Source: Octopus sinensis (taxonomy: Eukaryota). Taken from it: a stretch of DNA of 64,000 nt. The stretch's first letter is position 1; every line of letters begins with the position of its first letter. Where the stretch lies: contig NC_043011.1 of NCBI RefSeq assembly GCF_006345805.1, positions 7,440,001 to 7,504,000 of the forward strand. Reading direction: 5' to 3'. The position numbers were made by a program, and so were the translations under genes. This document shows positions 48,594 to 60,782 of the stretch, in pieces. The notes under the pieces were generated by a model, which was not told where the DNA came from, ran no database searches, and was given only the letters and a program-made list of their open reading frames with translations.

Positions 48594-49610
48594 CGTACAT
48601 ACATACATACATACATACATACATACATACACACATACATACATACATGCATGCATGCATGCATGCATGCATACATACATACATACATACATAATACATA
48701 CATACATGCATGCATGCATGCATACATACATACATACATACATACATACATACATACATACATACATACATACATACATACATACATGCATACATGCATG
48801 CATGCATGCATACATACATACATACATACATACATGCATACGTACATACATATATACATACATACATACATACATACATACATACATACATGCATACATA
48901 CATGCATACATACATACATACATACATACATACATACATACATGCATACATACATACAAACATACATAATACACACATACATACATACATGCATACATAC
49001 ATGCATACATACATACATACATACATGCATACATACATGCATACATACATACATAATACACACATACATACATACATGCATACATACATACATATATACA
49101 TACATACATACATACATACATACATGCATACATACATACATACATGCATACATACATACATACAAGCATACATACATACAAACATACATAATACACACAT
49201 ACATACATACATACATACATACATACATGCATGCATACATACATACATACATGCATGCATGCATACATACATACATACATACATACATACATGCATGCAT
49301 ACATACATGCATACATACATGCATACATACATACATACATACATACATACATACATACATACATGCATGCATACATACATACATACATACATACATACAT
49401 GCATACATACATGCATACATACATACATACATGCATACATACATACATACATACATACATACAAGCATACATACAAACATACATAATACACACATACATA
49501 CATACATGCATACATACATGCATACATACATACATGCATACATACATACATACATACATGCATATATACATACATACATACATACATACATTCATACATA
49601 CATGCATACA

Positions 49611-49643
<33 letters not shown>

Positions 49644-50119
49644 GCATGCATGCATGCATACATACATACATATATACATACATACATACATACATTCATA
49701 CATACATACATACATGCATGCATGCATACATACATACATACATACATACATACATAGATACATACATACATGCATACATACATATATGCATACATACATA
49801 CATACATACATACATACATACATACATACATGCATACATACATACATGCATACATACATACATACATACATACAAGCATACATACATACAAACATACATA
49901 ATACACACATACATACATACATGCATACATACATGCATACATACATACATACATACATACATACATACATACATACATACATGCATACATACATGCATAC
50001 ATGCATACATACATGCATACATACATACATACATACATACATACATACATTCATACATGCATACATACATACATGCATACATACAAACATACATGCATAT
50101 ATACATGCATACATACATA

Positions 50120-50153
<34 letters not shown>

Positions 50154-51400
50154 CATACATACATGCATACATACATGCATACATGCATACATACATACAT
50201 ACATACATACATACATACATACATGCATACATACATGCATACATACATATATACATACATACATTCATACATACATACATACACACACATACATACATAC
50301 ATGCATGCATGCATACATACATATATACATACATACATACATACATACATACATGCATGCATGCATGCACATACATCATACATACATACATACATACATA
50401 CATACATACATACATACATCATGCATGCATGCATACATACATACATACATACATACATACACACATACATACATACACACATACATACATACACATACAT
50501 ACATACCTACATACATACATACTCATACCATACATACATACATACACTACATACAACAACACACATACATACATACATACATCATACATACATACATACA
50601 TCCATACATACATACATACATGCATGCATGCATACAATACATACATACATACATACATACATGCATGCATGCATACATACATACATACATACATACACAC
50701 ATACATACATTCATACATACATACACACATACATACATACATAAACACATACATACATACACACATACATACATGCATACATACATGCATACATACATAC
50801 ATACATACATACAAGCATACATACATACAAACATACATAATACACACATACATACATACATGCATACATACATGCATACATACATACATGCATACATACA
50901 TACATACATACATACATACATGCATATATACATGCATACATACATACATACATACATACATACATGCATACATACATGCATACATACATACATACATACA
51001 TACATACATACATGCATATATACATGCATACATACATACATACATACATACATACATGCATACATACATGCATACATGCATACATACATGCATACATACA
51101 TGCATACATACATACATACATACATACATACATACATACATGCATGCATGCATGCATGCATGCATGCATACATACATACATACATACATACATGCATACA
51201 TACATACATACATACATACATACATACATGCATGCATGCATACATACATACATACATACATACATACATACATACATACATACACACATACATACATACA
51301 TACATACATACATACACAGATACATACATCCACACATACATACATACATACATACATACATACATACATACATACATACATACATACATACATACGTATG
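48594..51400. repeat. (TACA)n/(TGCA)n tetranucleotide array of about 2.8 kb
   Basis: Directly visible; it generates the spurious HTYI and MYVC ORFs. Confidence 0.97.
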
Positions 51401-51944
51401 TATGTCTCTTTCATTTTTTTAATTATTATAATTCTTCCCACTGGAGGAGGAGCACGCAACAAAGGTTCCATCTTTGGTTGGTAGTTAACACAGACAAATT
51501 CACATTTAGAACTTGTGAAATATCTTGCATATTTTTACTGTTCCACTCAAAGATTGCACTTGTAATGCATGCATGGGAAAAGGTGTAAAAACACCAGATC
51601 TGCCAAGTGCTGCCCCTATCCGATTCCTAGACGCGTTTCTCGCTCTATATGACGGGCTTCTTTCAGTTTCCATCTACCAAATCCACTCACAAGGCTTTGG
51701 TAGACTTGAGGCTATAGTAGAAGACACTTGCCCATGGTGCCACGCAGTGGGACTGAACCCGGAACCATGTGGTTGGTAAGCAAGCTACTTACCATACATC
51801 CACTACTACGCCTATAAACAAAAATTAATTTTACAAATTAATTTAAAAGTCTATACCTTAAATTGAATAGATCCAATATTTAAAAAAAAAAACGGAACTT
51901 GGATGGTATAATCGGATAATATAATAAAATATAGGCAATAATAG

Positions 51945-52104
51945 GCAGGAGTGGCTGTGTGGTAAGTAGCTTGCTAACCAACCACATGTTTGCGGGTTCA
52001 GTCCCTCTGCGTGGCACCTTGGGCAAGTGTCTTCTGCTATAGCCCTGGGCCGACCAATGCCTTGTGAGTGGATTTGGTAGACGGAAACTGAAAGAAGCCT
52101 GTCG

Positions 52105-52147
<43 letters not shown>

Positions 52148-52342
52148 CTGTGTTTGTCCCCCTAGCATTGCTTGACAACCGATGCTGGTGTGTTTACGTC
52201 CCCGTCAAATAGGGGTTCGGCGAAAGAGACCGATAGAATAAGTACTGGGCTTACAAAGAATAAGTCCCGGTGTCGATTTGCTCGACCAAAGGCGGTGCTC
52301 CAGTATGGCCGCAGTCAAATGACTGAAACAAGTAAAAGAGTA
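51945..52342 (+). mobile_element. SINE family A, full length
   Basis: Full consensus. Confidence 0.9.
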
Positions 52343-52814
52343 ATAAACCATTGAACGATCATAAACAAAAAATGAGCCAAGGGAAATAACTCAGAATGTC
52401 CAGTAGTTTGTATTTGAACAACATAGGCAGATACAGATATATGAAATAGCAAAAAAGACATAAAATCCTGATTTATTAAAATCCTGTCCGCCTTCGGATA
52501 AAGTGTCATAGTTACCGAATGGTGACTGAGACCGACTCCCCTTAGGAAAGAGAGATAATCTCAAGTTTAAGAAGTCTTCAAAGATGAGGTGTCGTTAACA
52601 CATAAAGCGCGACGGACCATGATCGTGGCCGTCAGGCACAGGTCGACAGGCCCTGATCGTGGCCCAGGTAGATGCATGTAATTTATGGGCGTTTGTTGAT
52701 GGGTCTAATGTCACTCAAACGCTCCGATACCCACCCCAGAATGCAAGAGGACCAATAGTTCAACAAACGGCTTTTCAGATGATGTAAAACTTGCCACCAT
52801 TATACGCTAAGATA

Positions 52815-53245
52815 GGATCTTTTCGGTTTGAACGGCAGTTTTTTCTAGCGGTGTCATATGAAATTGTCACCCATAATTATGACCCTAGTATCAATCTATT
52901 GCATTTCAATCTGTTTCAGGGTTAGAGTTAGTTAGGGTTAGGGTTGGGGGGAAGGGTATCTTTTTTTTTTCTTCACAAATGTAAATAAACCCAATCTGTT
53001 TCTTAAACGAGGGACATATTCATACGGCACAGAATGTTTTCACCGAAAATAGACGTCATTGATTAGTTGAAATTGCAGAAATTGAAGAAAAAAAACCCAA
53101 CAAATATCTTACAAACTATAGAATTTTCTCAATAAAGCCAAGAGAAAAAGATGTTTTATAAACACTTTCTACCAGTATACGAAGTTAAAGTGTTTAGTTA
53201 CGTGGAAATTATTTTTAAAAACTGCCGTTCAAGCCGAAAAGATCC
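52815..53245. mobile_element. MITE with TIRs of about 28 bp and internal TTAGGG repeats; partial second copy at 54107-54260
   Basis: ggatcttttcggtttgaacggcagtttt and aaaactgccgttcaagccgaaaagatcc. Flanks ctaagata and agaagata match at 6 of 8 positions. Confidence 0.8.
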
Positions 53246-54683
53246 AGAAGATATTTTAACTATTTTTTTGTTTTTTATGTGTGGTAGTCTCATTTTCCTA
53301 AAATGTGCTCAGCAGTCCATGCTGTATAAGTGCAAATCCCAGCGCTTTATGGATTAAGGATAAGCACTGGTTTATAATCTGGTCGGTCGTGGGTGCGCGT
53401 TTCTGGCCCAACGACCGTCGTTAGCACGAGGATTGTCCGAGCTTATCTCTAGTAGCCAAAACAACTAGTAGATTTGACCAACGTTATATGAAGCGCCTTA
53501 CTCATTCAAGCTCACAACGTGTACCCCGGTCCAGGAATAGAACTCAACGCATTGTGATCGTGATCTAAACACCTCTAACCACTTGACCACTTGACCACTT
53601 CATCTCAAACCAAATACAATATTTTTATTTTAAACACGTTTTTTTCAAAATCCGCTGGGGTCGACTTTGATATTTGCACCTTTTCGGGGTCGATAAATCC
53701 TAGTGCCAGTCAATTGCTGTGGTCGATGTAATCGACTAGACCATTTTCCCTTCAATTTCAGACCTTGTGTCTATAGTAGAAAGGAATAAAACACAGTTAT
53801 GGCCTTGCGTAATTAAAAAAAAAAAGAGCTGAGAGAAATAACTAAGTAGCCAGTGCCGTAAAAGCATTTTTGTCATTTGTAAAATGCTATGCGGCGAAAG
53901 AGGGCGTTGCAGTATGAAAGGTTTTTAAACATTGCATCGAATGGTTTCTGGTTTAGATAGAACGTCACCTATTTTCAGGTTAAGGCCTAATTCATTCTAT
54001 CAGTCTCAGTCCTTGAAAAATTGATGGGCACTTTCTCATTATACCATTTGAGCAATGGTTACTCGCAGCGATGTGAACATGCTTTGCAAAGATAGACAGA
54101 AATTTGGGATCTTTTCGCTTTGACCGGCAGATTTTAAAAATAATTTCCACGTAACTAAAAAATTTTAAACTTCGTATACTGGTAGAATGTGTTTATAAAA
54201 CATCTTTTTCTCTTGGCTTTATTGAAGAAAATTCTGTAGTCTGTAAGATATTTGTTATTTATTTTCTTGCATTTACACTCACAGTAAAACCCAAACTGGT
54301 GGAAACATCGGGTTTCACGTATGTAAAGAAAGGGAAAAAAATTCAGTCAACTGATATAACCCATGTGATTAATAGACACACGCTTCCTCCAGATGTATTT
54401 AAAATCTAAAGGAGATAACGCCATTAAACAATAGAAAGTAGAACGTATCTGGAGTTTAAAAGCAACAGGTGAAAGCAGTGGGCATATTTTGTTTGTATTA
54501 AACCTCTTTACAGAAGTAGATTAAGCCCTGTCGAAAGCCTGTGACGGTGAAGCTTTTTATCTTTTCTTTCCCAAATATATAATATGTAATTTGAATAATT
54601 ATTACGTAATAATCTAGAGAGGTGGGTTGACAAAAAATCGTGAGAGCTCCAGTAGAAATACTCAGCGGTATTTTTTTCTGGCA

Positions 54684-54900
54684 AAGGCGGCGAGCTGGCA
54701 GAATCGTTAGCACGCCGGGCGAAATGCCAAGCGGTATTTCGTCTGCCTCTACGTTCTGAGTTCAAATTCCGCCGAGGTCGACTTTGCCTTTCATTCGGGG
54801 TCGATTAAATAAGTACCAGTTACGCGCTGGGGTCGATGTAATCGACTTAATCCATTTATCTGTCCTTGTTTGTCCCCTCCGTGTTTAGCCCCTTGTGGGT
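54684..54900 (+). mobile_element. SINE family B
   Basis: Consensus match. Confidence 0.85.
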
Positions 54901-55215
54901 TCCATCCAACCGCCTCTCAAGCTTCTTTGATAACGTCCAGATTTCTGAGCCATAGAGTAGAACTGGTTCGACTGTGGCTTTGAAGATTTTAAGTTTGAAA
55001 TCTCTACTTTGATTTGATGACCAGATCTTATGCATATCAGTGCTGGCTGACCAGGCCATATCCTTTCTAGTTAGAAAATCTTTTTCAGATGATGATATGT
55101 ATGACCCAAGATATTTGTAATCAGAGACCATATTAAGAGCGTATTGTTGAGAGTATGGATGATGAAATCACTGTTGGAGAGGCACTTGTTTACATATTCA
55201 GCTCAGCTTATTACA
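54901..55215 (-). mobile_element. RTE LINE RT fragment
   Basis: VSDYKYLGSYIS...IFKATVEPVLLYGSEIWTLSKKLERRLDG. Confidence 0.85.
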
Positions 55216-55617
55216 TGCGGGGCTTCAAGTTTCTCTGTCGGATGTTTCATGTACTCTGCATTGCGACCCTTACAACAAAATGCGTCTTCGTCAAAGCAGT
55301 TGCTCCCGCAAAGCAAATTAAATCCCTGAAGCTGAACGAGAGGAAAGAAAGAAATTCATTTAAAAAAAGGGAACTATAATTATTCAATTCTCTTTTCTTT
55401 TACTCTCTTTTACTTGTTTCAGTCATTTGACTGCGGCCATGCTGGAGCACCGCCTTTAATCGAGCAACTCGACCCCAGGACTTATTCTTTTGTAAGCCTA
55501 GTACTTATTCTATCGGTGTCTTTTGCCAAACCGCTAAGTGACGGGGACATAAACACACCAGCATCGGTTGTCAAGCAATGCTAGGGGGACAAACACAGAC
55601 ACACAAACATACACGCG

Positions 55618-55695
<78 letters not shown>

Positions 55696-56068
55696 ATATA
55701 TTTTTTTTTTTTATATATATATATATATAAAGTATAGGAAAGAATGGAGCCTGAACGAAGATTTAACAAAATTCCTTTATTTTATTTTCGACATATGTTT
55801 CGAAGTCTGCAAAGTCCTTAATTCCGATTGAATAAGGAGTCCATTTTGCAGCTTTCTCTTCAGGAAAATCCAGGAACTTAATTCTCCAACAAAATGCACA
55901 ACAAGCTTTTCGACAAACGCTCACGAAGGCACGGATTTTATGCCCCATGGTCGTAACTTCAACCGTGCCCTTTCTGTTGTGATTTTTGCTACCCAGGTAT
56001 CGGTTATATTTTGAATTATCCGTAATAAGATAATTCATTATCTACTTCAATATATATATATATATATA

Positions 56069-56132
<64 letters not shown>

Positions 56133-56133
<1 letters not shown>

Positions 56134-56434
56134 AAGGAAATGAAGAAAATGCTGACAAAATAATTTAAGTAAGGGATAGTGTATTTAATTAGGTGAAAGT
56201 TCTTTTTACCGGTTGCGCATTTGTTATGCTTATCAAAAGATATTTTTTAAGAGAGATAGAGTTCCTTTCTGATAGATTTTTTCTCTTAAATCTATCAGAA
56301 AGGAACTCTATCTCTCTTTAAAAATATCTTTTGATAAGCATAACAAATGCGCAACCGGTAAAAAGAACTTTCACCTAATTAAATACACTATCCCTTACTT
56401 AAATTATTTTGTCAGCATTTTCTTCATTTCCTTT
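56133..56434. repeat. Near-perfect inverted repeat (arms about 147 bp, loop about 8 nt)
   Basis: 56133-56279 is the reverse complement of 56288-56434; I found one mismatch by eye. Confidence 0.95.
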
Positions 56435-56649
56435 TTTTATATATCACAACTCGTGTTCCACATCTCCTTTTTTAAATATATATATATATACATATATAGT
56501 TTCCATCTACCAAATCCACTCACAAGGCTTTGGTCAGCCCGAGGCTATAGCAGAAGACACTTGCCCAAGGTGCCACGCAGTGGGACTGAACCCGAAACCA
56601 TGTGGTTGGTAAACAAGCTACTTACCACACAGCCACTCCTTAATGTGTT

Positions 56650-56800
56650 GACTTACATTCGGGGCTTCTAGTTTCTCTGTAAAAGATACGATAATCTTCG
56701 TATCATCTGCGTATATTGTTGCAAAATTAGCGCTCATGTCACCATCGATTATAAAGAGGAAAGAATACCCGTCAAAAATGTCCAGGAAACATTTGTTCTT
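56650..56800 (-). mobile_element. Short LINE RT remnant
   Basis: LFIIDGDMSANFATIYADDTKI. Confidence 0.55.
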
Positions 56801-57238
56801 TTGATTATAATAAGATTTTGTCAGAATTGGACAAAATCTCGTTCATGTTTCGGTAAGAATAAGTTATAAGATACAAATATAAAGTATTAAAATAAAGAGA
56901 TATATAAAAACCAGAATTGAAAAATAGATAAATATCTCAGGCACAAAATATGAGAAAAGATGTTGCTCGGGTCAAACACTGGAGTTTAAAGGTCATGGTC
57001 TGACGATGTGAATTTTCCGAGTTCTCCCCTCCTCCGCTCCCGTTCGCGAGCGCGTGTTTTTTTCTTTCATATTCGTTTAGAGCAAGTTGTTTTACATCTA
57101 TTACACTATTTTTACTTTTGCTCGGGTCAAACCCTTTCGTTTGACCGAAATAACTATAATATTTCTTGAGACAATAATACTTTAAATGAATGGATAACTT
57201 CATTGTGGAATTACATACTAAGAAGCAATTATAAGATA

Positions 57239-57624
57239 TGGAAGCACTCCGTCGGTTACGACGATGAGGGTTCCGGTTGATCCGAATCAACGGAACAACC
57301 TGCTCGTGAAATTAACGTGTAAGTGGCTGAGCACTCCACAGACACGTGTACCCTTAACGTAGTTCTCGGGGATATTCAGCGTGACACAGAGAGTGACAAG
57401 GCCGGTCCCTTGAAATACAGGTACAACAGAAACAGGAAGAAAGAGTGAGAGAAAGTTGTGGTGAAAGAGTACAGCAGGGATCACCACCACCCCCTGCCGG
57501 AGCCTCGTGGAGCTTTAAGGTGTTTTCACTCAATAAACACTCACAACGCCCGGTCTGGGAATCGAAACCGCGACCCTACGACCGCGAGTCCGCTGCCCTA
57601 ACCACTGGGCCATTGCGCCTCCAC
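57239..57624 (-). mobile_element. SINE family D, full length, flanked by a 75-bp direct repeat
   Basis: Head GTGGAGGCGCAATGGCCCAGTGGTTAGGGCAGCGGACTCGCGG...GTTTCGATTCCC. Flanks 57164-57238 and 57625-57699 are near-identical. Confidence 0.9.
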
Positions 57625-58069
57625 TCTTGAGACTATAATACTTTAAATGAATGGATGGCTTCATTGTGGAATTATATACTAAGAAGCAATTATAAGATAA
57701 TGCTTTATTTAAAACAAAAAGAAAAGTAAAAGAAAGAACAATGTATTTGGATGGTAGAATTAATAGGAAAATAGCTGTTGCTATTTAGTTCTGTCTCCTC
57801 GCATAGTGAGATCAAATCCCAAGGGGGTTGACCCTGCATTTTATTTTCCTGGGGTCAAATGCTTTGAAATAAATGGATATAAATATGAGGAAATTATAAA
57901 TTGGAAGCAAATATAAAGGATTATTGTTTCATTAATTAGAAGAAAAGAACGAAACACAGAAATATTTGGGTGGCAGAACCAAAGTAAATAATTTTTTTAA
58001 AACAAAGTAAATAAAACACAAAAAATACAAAATAAATAATTTTTTAAACAAAGTAAGGATCGACTAGTT

Positions 58070-58323
58070 ATGACTAGCTAGCGCGGATGCGCGAGAACAG
58101 GCGCGCGCGCTTCGGGACCACTCTTCTTAAGTAGTACCACCATTCTGTTTCCCCCCCCACCAATAAAAAATATAAATTTTCCATCTCCTCTTTTTCATTT
58201 CGTATCCCTTCTTTCTTTCCCATGAAGTAGGGATAGTTAGTCCGACACTCCGCTGGAGCCTTTATTAAAAACGGGTACTATTTTCGCTGATCACCGTCTA
58301 AATTATAAAGCGTCTTTGACAAA
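58070..58323 (+). promoter_or_regulatory. CpG-rich LAS1L promoter / 5' UTR
   Basis: gcgcggatgcgcgagaacaggcgcgcgcgcttcggg cluster in otherwise AT-rich DNA directly upstream of the ATG. Confidence 0.55.
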
Positions 58324-58355
58324 ATGGCGAGTTCTGTCTCAGCGTGGTTCAACCG
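58324..58355 (+). CDS. LAS1L: LAS1-like ribosome biogenesis endoribonuclease, coding exon 1
   Basis: aaaATGG context; MASSVSAWFN(R); CG|GTAAAA donor, phase 2. Confidence 0.8.
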
Positions 58356-58744
58356 GTAAAAGGAATTTTAGATTTTCTCCAGTTTAATGTCGTTAAATCC
58401 TAATATAAATTGTATTTCATGTGTCTTCCTTCTCTCCTTTTCAAATCATTTTAATAGTTTCAGGTTTTTAGAATTATCTGAACAGACCTTTTAACAATAA
58501 TAATTATGTTTGATCCAAAGAAGCGAATCCTTTGGTTCTCTTCTAACATTTCTATCGTTTTACCTTTAAATGTTGGTCTATTTCTAATGTTTTATTTATC
58601 TGTGTTGCTATCTGGGTACTAGTAACGCTATCTGTGTTCATACATTGTTTTATTGTATTTGCCCAACTGTACTAATAAACCGTAAAACGAAACTCAATTC
58701 GCTTGGATCAAAAAAGCACTTCACATTACATGTTTGTTTACGAA

Positions 58745-58905
58745 ATGAAAATCTGTTTCTTTACTACCCACAAGGGGCTAAATACAGAGAGGACAAACAA
58801 GGACAGACAAAGGGATTAAGTCGATCACATCGACTCCAGTGCGTAACTGGTACTTAATTTATCGACCCCCCGAAAGGATGAAAGGCAAAGTCGACCTCGG
58901 CGAAC
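58745..58905 (-). mobile_element. SINE family B, 3' part
   Basis: Reverse complement of the family B tail. Confidence 0.8.
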
Positions 58906-60623
58906 CGAAAAGCTTCTACCCTGACTTCGTCTCTCGACTTGTAAAGCATTGTAGCTAAAACTCTCTCAGTTCTCACCCTGCCGTCTTCAAAAATATAGGG
59001 TCACACTGGATAATATTTTCATAGATATGCATTTCCTGCGTGATCGACAGATTGGTCACAGCCGGAACGCCTGTGGTCGTAGGTTTGCTCAGTTGGGGTT
59101 AATTATGAATAACCAACAATTGTTTACTTATTTTGTGAGGGTTCAATATGCAACCAAATGGACGAACAATTTTTTTATTAACTTGTTTCTCCAATTATTA
59201 TTATTTTTTTGTTAATTGGAAATAATATTGTAGAAAGGATTATTATAAAGTGGCAAGTGGGTAGAGTCATTAGAGTGGAATTTCTTCCTGCTCTTTATGT
59301 TCTGAGTTCAAATCCTGCTGAGGTCATCTTTACTTTTTATCCACATGGGAGCCAATAAAATAAAGCACTTGTTGAGCACTGATGGTGGTGGTGGTGGGGT
59401 TAATGTAATTGACTAATTCCTTCTCTTTCTATCAAAATTTGAAATCATTATTATTATTATTGGGCTAATGTCAGACACTTTCCTCTTTGACCAAGGCCTC
59501 ATTAAAGGAAGGTGAAGGTAAAGTGGGAAGGGTTGTCTTCTAGCAAATTTGTTGAAAGGTAGGGAAATGTTGGGGAAAATGTCCAGTATGAGTGGACCAA
59601 TTCTGAGATTACACCTGTAAAAAAAAAAAAAAAAAGGTATAAAAGGAGAAAGGGCTTTTGTCCTGTTGACCAGGCACCTGCGGCTTTTATGCGTTCTTCC
59701 ATGAGTAACCTTTAAAGCACCTCTCCCTATTGGGAGTTTTTTGTTACATTGTTTTCCTCTGTTATCAAATGTTTACACAAACCTTTTTTTGCAAAACCCT
59801 TTGTATATCGTCTTGTGTTGTCCTTTAATGTTTTAATTTATGTTAGCCCTTGTCGCCAATAAAAAGAGTTAATTATTATTATGGAAGGTTTACCTGCTAA
59901 GATCTTCATTGCAAAGTGATATTAGAGATTGGAGAAAAACCAGCTTCCTGATATTGGTTCTGACATGTTTTAGATGATGGCCAGGGAGGACTGGTGGAGA
60001 TCTGAAGATAAGACCTTTTGTTGCCTAATTTTTGTTCTAAATATTAGCTTAATAATCCTTTCTGCTATAGGCACAAGGCCTGAAATTTTGGGGGAGGGGA
60101 CTAGTTGATTACATTGATCCCAGTGTTTCACTGGTATTTAATTCATTGACCTCTGAAAGGGTAATGTCAACCTTGGTGAAATTTGAACTCAGAACATGAA
60201 GACAGAGGAAATACCATTTAGCATTTCGCCAGGTATGCTAACAATTCTCCCAGCCCTTCACCTTAAATATTAGCTTAATAATGACAATTATTTTACCAAA
60301 TTCTTCGTTATTTTCAAAATTAATTCGAACAAAGGCAGTGTATTTCAGCAGTAATAGGGTCAACAAAGGGGTCAAACTGTTCTTAATTAAAACCCTCCAT
60401 TAAAATTCCTTGTTAGTTTATGTTCCAAATGCTAACTTAGTAATTGGCAAATTTATTTTACTAAATTCTTTGTTATTTTTGAAATTAAATCAATAGAAGC
60501 AAAGGCGGTGTCACAGAAATATGGCAACAAAAAGGTTTAACCAATAATTCTTTTCTTCAGAATTTCTTCTGTAATATTTTTCTTTGTTTTCATTTTGGTT
60601 TTATTTGATTTTCTTCATTGCAG

Positions 60624-60716
60624 CGAAGAATTTTTGGAAGTCTACAATGAGATCTTCAGTAATGACATAAAAAAACAGAAACATGCTCTTGGAAGAATTG
60701 CTGTATGGAAATCAAG
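60624..60716 (+). CDS. LAS1L: LAS1-like coding exon 2
   Basis: ttttcttcattgcag acceptor, phase 2 to 2. The joined peptide AWFNREEFLEVYNEIFSNDIKKQKHALGRIAVWKSR matches the Las1 N-terminus pattern AWxxxxEWxxVxxxLF...QxxALxRIxxWxSR. Confidence 0.88.
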
Positions 60717-60728
60717 GTAAAAATATAA

Positions 60729-60762
<34 letters not shown>

Positions 60763-60782
60763 GCTGAGGGCAGCTACTTTGA

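Noticed and set aside
48483-51588. Very long ORFs (593, 785 and 612 aa) of HTYI/MYVC repeats
   Set aside because: They are translations of the (TACA)n array, which has no stop codons in most frames.
52908-52950. Interstitial telomere or chromosome fusion scar
   Set aside because: Only 2-3 TTAGGG units, internal to a TIR-bounded MITE.
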